A stretch of 64,000 nucleotides of DNA from Octopus sinensis (taxonomy: Eukaryota). Shown in pieces: positions 13,453 to 25,039 of the stretch. The stretch covers positions 39,804,001 to 39,868,000 of the forward strand of contig NC_043007.1 in NCBI RefSeq assembly GCF_006345805.1, in the 5' to 3' direction. The number at the start of each line of letters is the position of its first letter. Position 1 is the stretch's first letter. The notes under the pieces are model-generated. The model did no database searches. It worked only from the letters and a program-made list of their open reading frames with translations, and was not told the origin of the DNA. Position numbers and translations under genes: made by a program.

Positions 13453-13664
13453 CAAGGTGACCCAAAAGTAGGTTTACAGTTATTCAACTATGTCTTTCGT
13501 ATTCATATATTAACAGTTTAGATCTTAATTATAAAAAAATATGAAACCATTATTCTATGCTAATTTAGTTAATTGTAAGACAGAAATTGTAATGTAATAA
13601 AATGTTTTAAAAGAAATTTAATGTGTCTACATGATAACAGTAAACCTACACTTGGGACACCCTG
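13453..13664. mobile_element. Tc1/mariner-type MITE
   Basis: About 29-bp imperfect TIR CAAGGTGACCCAAAAGTAGGTTTACAGTT versus CAGGGTGTCCCAAGTGTAGGTTTACTGTT; TA on both sides. Confidence 0.75.
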
Positions 13665-13767
13665 TATAGCTAGATCTTGAACAGCCATGTCCCAAAAGAT
13701 TGTTATCAGGTTGTTGCCCTGTACCATCTTTGTTGCTTGTTACATGTTTATCCCACTTCTTGTCCGG

Positions 13768-13817
13768 TGTCGGCAGTTATTGACCATTGGACACTGCTAC
13801 CGGCTCAGTTGTTTCCG

Positions 13818-13860
<43 letters not shown>

Positions 13861-13910
13861 CGGAAACAACTGAGCCGGTAGCAGTGTCCAATGGTCAATA
13901 ACTGCCGACA
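13768..13910. repeat. Perfect inverted repeat, 51-bp arms around (AT)n centre
   Basis: 13860-13910 is the exact reverse complement of 13768-13818. Confidence 0.95.
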
Positions 13911-13925
13911 TATATATATAATATA

Positions 13926-13976
<51 letters not shown>

Positions 13977-13986
13977 TATAATATAT

Positions 13987-14038
<52 letters not shown>

Positions 14039-14365
14039 GTATATATATAAGGGCAATAGTTTTTTATAGTTCTTTTGCGCTTGCAAAGGACCCTAATCAT
14101 AAGTAAAGTTTCCCTTGGCTTTTTTTTTAAGTATTGTTCTAGTCTCAGTATTGTTACGATTTGGTAGTTTTCTGTTTAAATTCTTCTTCAATCACTTAAC
14201 ACCCGATTTACTCTGATGAAGCTAAGAAATGGATACCCTTGGTGACTGGAGTAGTTATAACTGTCATCTTATTTCTAGCATTGAATTGTATTTTTCATAT
14301 TATTTTCACTCATCTCTCTCTGCTTATTTCTAAATTTCTCGTTTGTTTTCGTATGAAGAAACACA

Positions 14366-14538
14366 TCTATTTCATACGTCTTTACGTTCTGAGATCAAAT
14401 TCCGCCAAGGTCGTTTTTGCTCTTTATCCTTTCGGAGTCGATGAAATAAGTACCAGGGAAACCCTGGAGTCGATGTAAACGACTGTTGCTCTCCCCACGC
14501 ACCAAGAATTTCAGGCCTTGTGCCTATTGCAGAAAGGA
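14366..14538 (+). mobile_element. SINE family A, headless terminal module
   Basis: B-box, CCTTTCGGAGTCGAT core, GGCCTTGTGCCTA tail. Confidence 0.75.
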
Positions 14539-14638
14539 TATCACTTGTATGGTAGGTTCCGGTGTAATTTCTTTTCATTTCAGTGTCAGAATCTAATGTA
14601 ATATTTTCAGTTTGGGTCACTTTGTCTCGTCTTTTAGT

Positions 14639-15003
14639 GCTTGCTTTCCTCGGGCTCTTGCTTAATGGGGCTGGGGTCATCTCAGGTTAATGGTCGCAGA
14701 GGCGTCAACGTGCGTAGAGCCGACCAGCTTTACCAGTGTCCTACATCGCTGACGGCCCCATGCTAATCCCTTAGCAACCTTCAAAATCGAACCTCTGAAG
14801 AACTTTCTTAATCACATCCAGCCAATTGGTGCAGAACCTGCCATGGAACCTCTTCCAGCCCGCAGCTGCTACGGCGAACGAGGGTGAAGTCCTGATAGGG
14901 TGATTTAGCGGGAGGCAGAAGCCATGTCCGTACCAGCGCATGGACATGTCCGTACCAGCGCATGGACATGTCCGTACCAGCGCATGGACATGTCCGTACC
15001 AGC
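14639..15003 (-). pseudogene. RTE-clade LINE 3' fragment with 22-bp tandem repeat at its 5' junction
   Basis: Minus frame RWYGHG.CLPLNHPIR...AAAGWKRFHGRFCTNWLDVIKK resembles the RTE C-terminal WYGHV..WKRPRGRP..W motif. Confidence 0.75.
14923..15003. repeat. 22-bp minisatellite CATGTCCGTACCAGCGCATGGA, about 3.7 copies
   Basis: Perfect units at 14923, 14945, 14967 and 14989 (partial). Confidence 0.95.
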
Positions 15004-15222
15004 TCAATGATATGTCCTCTGCCTCCCGCCAAATCATTCTACCAGGCCTTTAATATTCTAGTAGCTTTAACATCTTAACGTATTTATTTATCTAATCCCA
15101 GATTCATTGTGTTAAGATATTTATTTAATCCCAAATATTAAGATATTAATGAAAATACCGTGGAGAAATAAACCTCCATGAAATTAAAGGAAATGAAATA
15201 CGGTAGTAAAATATTGGGGAAA

Positions 15223-15527
15223 TCGTGAGGTTGTGAGCTCGAATCCCGGACCGGGCTGCGTGTTGTGTTCTTGAGCAAGACACTTTATTTCACGTTGCTC
15301 CAGTTCACTCAGCTGTAGAAATGAGTTGCGACGTCACAGGTGCCAAGCTGTATCGGCCTTTGTCTTTCCCTTGGATAACACTGGTGGCGTGGAGAGGGGA
15401 GGCTGGTATGCATGGGCGACTGCTGGTCTTCCATAAACAACCTTGCCCGGACTTGTGTCTAGGAGGGTAACTTTCTAGGTGCAATCCCATGGTCATTCAT
15501 GACCGAAGGGGGTCTTTACCCTTTTAC
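15223..15527 (+). mobile_element. SINE family C, missing A-box region
   Basis: GCTCGAATCCCGGACC B-box; TTGAGCAAGACACTT; tail GGTCATTCATGACCGAAGGGGG. Confidence 0.85.
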
Positions 15528-15903
15528 TATCTGCATGCATCAAGGTTCAGTGTAGGGTGTCTTGTTGCCCCATCATTTGAGAGTTCTATTGGTTTTGGTC
15601 TGTATGTGTATGTTCTGTACAATTAGTTTTGGCTTATTACTATCAATCAATGTCATAATTGATCATATTGCTTGTTACCGCTTTATCGATCTTATTGATC
15701 ATTCTATTTCATGTAAAGCCACCAACTTTTCTTGTTTGTGGTTTTCCGAAAGAAGTAGTTCACCTCTGTACAGTCTCCAATGTCTTAGGTGTCTGTGCAC
15801 GACAAAACAATTTATTATGGCTGTTGCAGTAATAAAAATGTTAGAATCAGTAATATAATAGTAATAGTAGTAGTAATAACAAAAGCAGCAGCAGTGGCGG
15901 TGT

Positions 15904-15934
<31 letters not shown>

Positions 15935-16683
15935 CAGTTGGCGTTTATTTTATGTTAACGGTGTGCATCACGCAATCAAGAGACAAAAATCAATGTACAG
16001 ACGTTTGAGGGGTCTCTTAAGTTTCTTTGCATATTTACCGATTTTATACATACACACATACATACATACATACATACATACAGACAGACAGACATACATA
16101 CACATACATACATATATAGAGAGATAGGAATATACACAAACCTACACAAACCTACGCGTATACGTGAATACATACGTACATACACACACACACATACATG
16201 CATAGACACATAGATACGTGTATACGCTTACTCTAACATATATACATATGTGTGTGGGTGTTTGCGTATGTATGCATGTATGTATATATGTATCTTTGCA
16301 TGTATGTATGTGTGTGTGTCTGTGTATGTGTGTGTGTGTCTGTATGACAAGTCGGTGAATTCATAAAGACACACACGAAAAGATGAAACATCTCTGAAAC
16401 ATTGATCCGTCTTATCCCAAGATTGCGTGACATTGTCCTTCTGGCTGGGTGCACAGATCTATTCGCGGCCTATAGCTCACATATAAACGATATAAAATAT
16501 CTACGGCAGCAGGTGTACTACGTCTATCAAGAGATAAATAGGTCAAGTGTGAACGGCTCAAGAGGATGACTATATCTATTCACGACTTCATAGACGTCTG
16601 CAACAATAAGGTAAAAAAAAACCTGGTACGTGCTACCGGGTGAAACCGGCATATGAGTGATGGCTATAGTTAATGTGTGTGTA

Positions 16684-16731
<48 letters not shown>

Positions 16732-17019
16732 GTGTGTGTGTGTGTGTGTTGTGTGTGTGTGTGTATAAACGTTTATATATTTGCTTTGGAAAACTCCCGA
16801 TGTGAAATCGTGTGTTGAAACAGATATTGTTATACGTGGGGATGGTTGTATTTTGCCAATTAAATATTCGCACTATATATATATATATATATTTGTTCTT
16901 CAGTTCAGCGTTTTTGTTATTGTTTCAATGTCTTAGTCTAAGCTTTTTCCATCACACATCTTGTGACCTCATCAATGACTCTTTATTCTACGTGTCACAT
17001 CTAGTTCTGCTTATTCCAG

Positions 17020-17040
17020 AAGCCGAACAAGAAGAGACAC
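17020..17040 (+). CDS. Speculative 21-nt micro-exon (phase 1-1; x-AEQEET-R)
   Basis: TTCTGCTTATTCCAG acceptor and AC|GTATGG donor; in frame with the 29621 candidate exon. Confidence 0.15.
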
Positions 17041-17200
17041 GTATGGTAGAGAGTTGCTGAAGAACTCACAGAACGTTTGACGCAAGACCAAATGTATAGT
17101 GAGTGTGTTTAATTGGCAAAAAATGAACACTCCTAAGTAGGACAATATGTATGCATGTATGTATAACAAAATGTATGTATGTATATGACAATATATATAT

Positions 17201-17232
<32 letters not shown>

Positions 17233-17233
<1 letters not shown>

Positions 17234-17445
17234 TACTCTTTTACTTGTTTCAGTCATTTGAGTGTGGCAATGCTGGAGCACCGCCTTTAGTCGAACAAAT
17301 TGACCCCACGACTTATTCTTTGTAAGTGTGGTACTTATTCTATCGGTCTATTTTGCCGAACCGCTAGGTTACGGGGATGTAAACACACCAACATCGGCTG
17401 TCAAGCGATGGTGGGAGACAAGCCCAGACACAAAACATACATTTA
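17233..17445 (-). mobile_element. SINE family B 3' half
   Basis: TTACTTGTTTCAGTCATTTGA..CTGGAGCACCGCCTTTAGTCG. Confidence 0.85.
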
Positions 17446-17446
17446 T

Positions 17447-17603
17447 AGTGGCTGTGTGGTAAGTAGCTTGCTAACTAACCACATGGTTACAGGTTCAGAC
17501 CCACTGCGTGGCATCTTGGGCAAGTGTCTTCTGCTATAGTCCCCGGCCGACCAATGCCTTGTGAGTGGATTTGGTAGACGGAAACTGAAAGAAGCCTGTC
17601 GTA

Positions 17604-17684
<81 letters not shown>

Positions 17685-17912
17685 ATGTGTGTGTGTGTGC
17701 GCGCGCTTGTGTGCCTGTGTTTGTCCCCCTAGCATTGCTTGACAACCGATGCTGGTGTGTTTACGTCCCCATCACTTAGCGGTTCGGCAAAAAGAGACCG
17801 ATAAAATAAGTACTGGGCTTACAAAGAATAAGTCTCGGGGTCGATTTGCTCGACTAAAGGCGGTGCTCCAGCATGGCCGCAATCAAATGACTGAAACAAG
17901 TAAAAGAAGAAT
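17447..17912 (+). mobile_element. SINE family B, full length, with internal (TA)n(TG)n
   Basis: A-box-like TGGCTGTGTGG; B-box-like GGTTCAGACCC; CORE-like CTTGGGCAAGTGTCTT; tail CAAGTAAAAGA. Confidence 0.9.
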
Positions 17913-18635
17913 ATATATAATATATATATATATAGTCCACAGATGAGATCCAGAGATTGTTAGTATAGAAGATACTTAGCATTGCTCAAATGATTCGAAC
18001 TTAGACTCCGATGTCTTTACAGAGTATCGATGCCACAAGGTTAAATCTTGTCTGTAAGAAGGATCACGTTAAGTGGGTATACAGGCAAATATGTGGATAA
18101 ACAAATTAAATACATAAAATATATTAATTATAATACTTTGCTCAAATAAAATATACTGAGTTGGCGAAAATTTCCGTTATCTTTTTTCAAGCGAAAATAA
18201 GTTTCAAACACAAAGCGATTTATCCAATCAGTTTTTGTGTATGAAAAATCTGAAATGTAAGATCCTCTCTTTCCTGATGACGGAGACTCGTTTTATCCAA
18301 TGTTAACTGTATCCATTACGGCTACATATTCTGATGAACTAAATCTACCAACATTATTACGTACCTCCGAGCCCCTAGAAACAGCTGTTTGATTTATGAC
18401 ACCTTTCTTCCATCTCTTTAATTTTCTCTGTCGTTTGTACTCTGTGTAAGTTGGACCTATTAATATAAATAGCTTTATATTTATGCTTAAAAATTCATCA
18501 TCATTGCTTCCTATTGTTTTGTGTGTATACATATATACATAGTGTATTCATACCCATGCTATTATATTCAATATATCTAATATATTTGTTTATCTGCATA
18601 ATTTTCCCACCTCTCTCTCTTACTCTTTCTTTCTC

Positions 18636-18679
<44 letters not shown>

Positions 18680-19527
18680 AATATATAATATATGATATCA
18701 AGAGATCAAAATTTTTTGTCGTAAGCTATTCAACATGCCGGTATTTGTTTCGGTTATTCCCGTACATGCCACTGACCACTTCAAGTTTCTTTGCTTAAAT
18801 TATTCTTGCTTTCTTGCTTAAATTATTTATATACTTTCAAGGATTACTTTATCTTGTATACACTATTTTCTCTTCCTTCTTATAAAAACGATAGGCAAAG
18901 GTAAAGGTTACCTTCTCAAAAGAGCCGGTTTTCCGGTTTCCATAGCGTATAAATTTCCCACCTGGACAGGTCACGGGTCCGTCGCAGGTAAAAACTATAG
19001 CATATAACATGAATGATACTCGGCTTCTATCACCAGCATCTTGACCAACAAATTTCAAGGTCCATCATCAGGTCACTCACCATCTGATTTTTTTTTTTTA
19101 GTCTGTCGTAGGGTTGGTTCGTTGGTTGGTTACTTGTTTGATTGCTTGCTCGCTTCCTTGCTTGTTTGCTTAGTTGGTTGGTTGTTTGTTTGTTTGTTTG
19201 GTTGGTTGGTTGTCTAGTTGGTCAAGTGAGAGGCTGACATGCTGTCAGGCTGAGTGACTGCTCGGTGTGTCGGTTCGTATGTAAGAAAAACAAAAATATC
19301 AAAGGATTAAGATGCACGATGTCTCACCTTTAAAGCTTATACACGCATCAGCGGACATTAAATATCAGGCCAATCGTTGCTAAATTGCTGACGATTCTCA
19401 ATAGTAGTAATAGCAGTAGAAGCACGACATGGATGATAAACAACTCGAACTACGATTTTGCTTTGGGCAAAATAAGTGTGTACGTATATATATATACACA
19501 CATATATATATATATATATTATAAGGC

Positions 19528-19598
<71 letters not shown>

Positions 19599-19634
19599 AT
19601 ATTTAAAAAAAGGAGATGTCGAACACGAGTGGTG

Positions 19635-19842
19635 ATATATAAAAAAGGAAATGAAGAAAATGCTGACAAATAATTGAAGTAATTTAAGTAATTTAATTAG
19701 GTGAAAGTTCTTTTTACCGGTTGCGCATTTGTTATGCTTACATAACAAATGCGCAACCGGTAAAAATAACTTTCACCTAATTAAATTACTTAAATTACTT
19801 CAATTATTTGTCAGCATTTTCTTCATTTCCTTTTTTATATAT
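19635..19842. repeat. 208-bp near-perfect palindrome (102-bp arms, 1 mismatch, 4-nt loop)
   Basis: 19741-19842 is the reverse complement of 19635-19736 except GTTCT versus GTTAT. Confidence 0.95.
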
Positions 19843-19980
19843 ATATATATTATATATATATATATGTATGTATTTATCTATGTACATATATATGTGTGTG
19901 CGCGTGTGCCTCTGTGTGTTGGGTGTGTTTGTATACATACATACAAATTTATCCATCCAAACATATAAATAAATGTGTTG

Positions 19981-20015
<35 letters not shown>

Positions 20016-20031
20016 AATATTTATTCATACA

Positions 20032-20067
<36 letters not shown>

Positions 20068-20149
20068 CGTATATATAATTTGTTTGACCTCTTAAGTAGC
20101 AGTATATTACTCACTCCAGATCAATTAAAAGCTATTTATTTTATTCAGG

Positions 20150-21690
20150 TACCCCGTGGCAGATAATATGCTGACAATAGAACCATGACACATGAAATAC
20201 AGTAATTTAGAAATTTCCAAATTTCTAAATGTTACAAGAGTTTTTGTGTACAAAGTTAGGATCGAATTTAAAAGCTCGGGTGGGAATATTTCCACTGTAT
20301 CAAAGTGGAAAAAAAACATTCTAAACGTCCGGACGGACACTTCTAAGGACACTGCAATTCATCCTGCAGTTTCAGAACATTATCGATGATGAGCATGGAA
20401 AATGAATGAGGGCCTTCCCCAAAGAACATTAGGTGTTATAGTGGACTGTTAAAACTGTTGTTCATGAGGATATCCGATACAAGTTGCATACCGTAAATCC
20501 TCGAGTGTAATCCGCATTTTTCCCCCAAAATTTAAAGGTCAAAATCCCTAGTGCGTATTATACACGAGGTTAAAAATGAAAATTTTTTCTAAGCAATGTC
20601 CGAGTCTCTTTTTGCTGTCCGGCAATGTTTATTCAGACGCATTTTGTGATGTCGGGCGTGAAAATACCTTAAGCTAAGCCTGAAAGTAATGAAGTCATAA
20701 AAGAATCATCCATAACTTGCAGTAAGCAACATTTATTAAACGTTATTACTGTTATTTCTTTATTTTCTGCAAACAAATTGCACAAAAAAGCTACACTTTT
20801 GCATTATGTTATATATATTCAATAATAATAAAGTACGTTACCGTATACATTTTTACAAACCAAGGACGTTATATAGACCTCATTGACTCAAGTTAGAGAA
20901 GGGGTGCATATTATACACAAAGTTTAGATTTTTCAGAGGTACAGCCCCCGAAAAATCTCCTGCGTATTACACTCAAGGGCGGACTATACTCTAGGATTTA
21001 CGGTATACAGAGGAGAGCAAAGCCGTGGGAAAATATTTGACCTATCCTAAGCGGTCACTTAAAATGCTTAGGAAGATCTCACGAAAATGTCAAGTTTTGG
21101 TTATTCTCTGAGAAGAAAAAGGATTCACCCAAGACAAAATTCTGACAGGAGAAATAACAGCTGGCTACGTTTGGAACCTTCTAATGCCCTCAGAGTGATG
21201 CACACAGTTTCTAACAACGGTGTTGGCTTCAGGAGTGATGAGTGACGAAAACTATCCCATGCCATCTTATATTTTCCTGCAAGGTCTTAGAGTTAGTGCT
21301 ATTTGGGTACTTTGAAGCACTGGGGGCAGCTACTAAGCCTAGGATAGATGAAGTGCCGATTGGGTTACAATATTTATTTCAGCAAGACTCAGCATCTTCT
21401 CTCAAAACTCACGTATTCCAAGAACGGATATCAGGCAATATTTGCGATTATGTTACAATTGTGGCTTGCAAACTTGCCAGATTTATGGCGCATAGACCAT
21501 TAAGCTTGGAGCTTTGTTGACAGGAAGACTAATCGACATGCTCACGATACCATAGCATCATTGAAGACCGTCATTTTCCAGATGATGTCTGAAATGAGAA
21601 AGGATCATATTCTACATACAATTCAATAATTCTAGTCCTGCATTGAGTCATTCATCGTTGCCGAATATGGATTCATAGAAAAATTATAGA
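20150..21690 (+). pseudogene. Decayed Tc1/mariner-superfamily transposase, maT/DD37D-like, interrupted by a MITE
   Basis: Piecewise: NLEISKFLNVTRVFVYKVR..VVHEDIRYK | ..VMHT..GVMSDE..MPSYIFLQGLRV..KPRIDEV..YLFQQDSASS..SLKTVIFQMMSEMRKDH..CIESFIVAEYGFIE*. Confidence 0.8.
20491..21003. mobile_element. 513-bp MITE (Tc2/pogo-like CCGTA termini) nested in the maT transposase
   Basis: About 25-bp TIR CCGTAAATCCTCGAGTGTAATCCGC; TA duplication; second copy at 34727. Confidence 0.85.
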
Positions 21691-21739
21691 GAAAACGTGC
21701 ACAAATCGTTTTTAAATAGAGTTATTTTATAATAATGAT

Positions 21740-21925
21740 TTCAAATTTTGGTACATGGGCAGCAGTTTCCGGTAAGGGGATAAGCTGATTATATCGACTC
21801 GAGGGATCAACTGGTACGTTTTTAATCGACTCCTAAAGGATGAACGATAAAGTCAACCTCGGCGGAATTTCAGTTTAGAACGTAAAGACGGACGAAATGC
21901 CGCTAAGCATTTTGCCTGGCTGTTT
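21740..21925 (-). mobile_element. SINE family A, degenerate
   Basis: CGGCGGAATTTCAG..AGAACGTAAAGACGGACGAAATGCCGCTAAGC. Confidence 0.75.
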
Positions 21926-22004
21926 CCATTGCTATTGTTTCATATTTTGACACGAGGCCAGCAATTTCGGAGAAGGGGAAAAGGCCTATTACATCGACCC
22001 CAGT

Positions 22005-22590
22005 ACTTTTTCTGTGTCTTCTGTGTCTTCTGTGACTATACGAACGAATAAGTGTAGAAATGCATGAATGAATGAATGAATGAAATCTCTTACGAATATG
22101 GGGTGAGGTATTGCATGATACAATATTCCATATGCTCTTTCTATAAATTATAGGGGGCTTCCTTGAGATTAGGTAACCATGAAAATACGGATAAGAGGCA
22201 AAGTGGATCTCGGCGGAATTTGAACTCAGAACGTGAAAAACAGACGAAATGCCGCTAAACATTTTACTCGGCGTGCTAACGATTCTGCCAAATCATCGCC
22301 TTTGTTTCCCTTGATGTTAAGCGATGAAAAAAGAGAAAAAGAAAAAAGAGAAAAGAATGAAACGGAGGGGAATATGAATTTGCGTCTTCCGGTAAAATTA
22401 AAACCGTATTTTACCCTCGCATTTTTAGCCAGATCTCAAGGAAGCACCCTGTAATTTACCGAAACAGCATATGGAATATTATATCATGAAGTACCACCCC
22501 CCATATCCCCAAGAGATTTCGTTCATTCATTCATGCATTTCGACATTCATTCGTTCGTATAGTCATCAGAAGAAGACACAGAAAGAAAAA
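22005..22590. repeat. Diverged ~190-bp inverted repeat (about 22005-22192 and 22403-22590) enclosing a SINE A fragment (22192-22310)
   Basis: Arms share ATCTCAAGGAAGC, GCATATGGAATATT, AAGAGATTTC, CATTCATTCATGCATTTC and ATTCGTTCGTATAGTCA in opposite orientation. Confidence 0.85.
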
Positions 22591-22925
22591 GAAATTAAAA
22601 ACATAAAACAGGGGGGCGATTTATTTACCCCTACCCAGCCGAAGAAAAATGAAAACGCATGACGCTGACCACGGGAACAACGAAAAGAAGCAAGGCAGCG
22701 GCGGTAGAAGCGGCACAAGCATCATAACCGCCATGTTGTAATCGAACTTATCTCTAAACTGTAAAAACTCTGTGACATGTGTCTCAAGCAATAATTGTTA
22801 TAAGACCATATTTATATTTGCTTTCGCTTTTATTCTTCAATATCTTCACACTTTTCTTTAATTGCATTTTTTCCCTATTATCTTTTCTTTCATTATATTT
22901 TATTATTTTCTCAACTCAAAAACAA

Positions 22926-22938
22926 AATAATAATAATA

Positions 22939-23024
<86 letters not shown>

Positions 23025-23032
23025 TGATGATG

Positions 23033-23097
<65 letters not shown>

Positions 23098-23100
23098 GTA

Positions 23101-23161
<61 letters not shown>

Positions 23162-23178
23162 TAATAATAATAATAATA
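22926..23178. repeat. (AAT)n array
   Basis: Directly visible. Confidence 0.95.
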
Positions 23179-23536
23179 AATCCTCTCCACTTTGCGATTT
23201 TCCCTTTTTTCAATCTGTCCAACTTTCATATATTATATTCGATTAGGGTTTGTGTTGTTTATTTATTTATTATTATTTTTTTTTGTGGTGGGGGTTCGCA
23301 TATTATCATGGAAATAAAAACGCGAAAAATTATACACACATTTGAACTAAAAATAAAACAAACGAAGCAGTTTTATTACTTTGTTAGATTTATAAGCATC
23401 TTTTCAACCTTAGTTACGGTCAAACTTAATTTTCCTTTGTGAAACTTCTTATGTCTTCTTTTTCAGTTACCACCATCAACACTACCACTACCACTACCAC
23501 CAGAACCTTGACAATCCTCATCCTCATCCTTCGTCA

Positions 23537-23850
23537 CTTGTCTTCTGCTCGAACCCTTGGCTCACCAGTGCCTTGTGAGTTGATTTTGCTTAGTGGAAAT
23601 TGCATAGTAGTCCGACGCGCGCGCGTGTGTGAGAACGGGAGCACATATGTGTTTATCCTTCCATTATCGCTTGATGACCGGTGCTGATTTGCTTACGCCC
23701 ACGTAACTTAGCGGTTCAGCAAAAGAAAGAGAATAAGTACTAGTCTTTAAAAACGAAAATCAAATGGGGCTGATTCGTTCGACTAAAACCCTTCGAGGTG
23801 GTGTCCCCTCCATGGACGCAGTCCAATGATTAACGCAAGTAAACGATAAA
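23537..23850 (+). mobile_element. SINE family B, old headless copy
   Basis: GCCTTGTGAGT; CGTAACTTAGCGGTTC; AATAAGTACTAG motifs. Confidence 0.7.
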
Positions 23851-24237
23851 AAATTGGGGAAAAAAAAAGAAAAAAAAAAGGGGGGAAGAGTTAGTCATTT
23901 AGAGCCAATTAATGTATCACGTAGGTCCATAATTACACTGAAGTAAGTGGTGCCATTTTCTCCAGCCATACAAACTGTGCTGAACCATCTTTCATCTACG
24001 TACCAACAAGAGGGCTTCTACTTGCTCATTCGATCTTCTAGAAATAGCAGCGATATCTCTTTCAAATCACACAAGCCAAATAATTCAAGATACCTATGTT
24101 AAAATAAACAAATATCTTCTATGTGTACTTTATCTGGACAAAAAAAAATATAAAATATAGATTCGTGCTTCTAACAAAACTGTGAATAGACAGAATATAA
24201 TTATTATTTTTATTAAAGATGGCATTATTATTATTAA

Positions 24238-24447
24238 AGGTGGCAAGCTGGCAGAAACGTTAGCACGTCGGGCGTAATGCTTAGAGGTATTTCGTCTGAG
24301 TTCAAATTCCGCTGTGCTCGACTTTACCTTTCATCCTTTCGGGGTCGATTAAATAAGTGCCAGTTATGCACTGGGGTCGATGGAATCGACTTAATCCCTT
24401 AGTCTGTCATTTTGTCCCCTCTGTGTTTAGCCCCCAGTAGGCAATAA
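24238..24447 (+). mobile_element. SINE family A monomer
   Basis: GCTGGCAGAAACGTTAGCACG head through CCCTCTGTGTTTAGCCCC. Confidence 0.85.
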
Positions 24448-24537
24448 ATCATAAATATAAAAACAGACTTCATGTTAATCAACAGGTGACACAATATGAG
24501 AACGTGAGTAGTTTTCGTGCACAACGAGGTAATATAA

Positions 24538-24963
24538 ATTTCAAATTTTTGCACAAGCCCAGCAATTACATCGGCCCCGGTGTTCAACTGAAACTTAATT
24601 TATCGACCACGAAAGGGATGAAAGGCAAAGTAAACCTAAGTATAATTTGAACTCAGGATCTGAAAACAGACGAAATGCTGCCAGGCTTTGTGCCCGATGT
24701 ATTTAAGGTTCTGCCAGTTCGCCGCCCTACACACAGACATGATATTGGTTTCAAATTTTGGCACAATTTACTGGTAGGAGTAAGTCGATTGCATCGACGG
24801 CAGTATTCAAGTGGTTCTTATTTTATTGACCACTGAAAGGATGAAAATCAAAGTGGACATCGGTGAAATTTGAACACGGGCGAAATGCCGCTATTCTTTA
24901 TGTCCGGCGTGTTTAAGATTCTACCAGCTCCCCGCCCTACACACCGATATGATATTGGCTTCA
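24538..24963 (-). mobile_element. Two tandem SINE A copies, each with the same ~30-bp flank (old ~210-bp duplication)
   Basis: GCCCTACACAC.GA.ATGATATTGG.TTCA follows both copies (24724 and 24934). Confidence 0.75.
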
Positions 24964-25039
24964 TATCACACCTGTGTGAAGTTAAAGAAGCGAAACAATT
25001 GCGATATTCTCGTAAAGGTGAACTGAAAGCATCCAAATT

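Noticed and set aside
14923-15003. 22-bp and 21-bp (45093) direct repeats as CRISPR arrays
   Set aside because: Units are contiguous with no spacers and no cas genes, and the context is eukaryotic.
15700-15800. Minus-strand peptide HWRLYRGELLLSENHKQEKLVAL, vaguely kinase-like
   Set aside because: No glycine-rich loop, an in-frame stop follows, and there is no good donor.
17447-17520. SINE heads as true tRNA genes (also 31880-31946, 32233-32300)
   Set aside because: A/B boxes are present, but no convincing cloverleaf or acceptor stem, and they continue into SINE bodies.
18895-18990. AAAGGTAAAGGTTACC..GTCCGTCGCAGGT, resembling an RTE-tailed SINE end
   Set aside because: Short, single copy in the window, and recalled similarity only.
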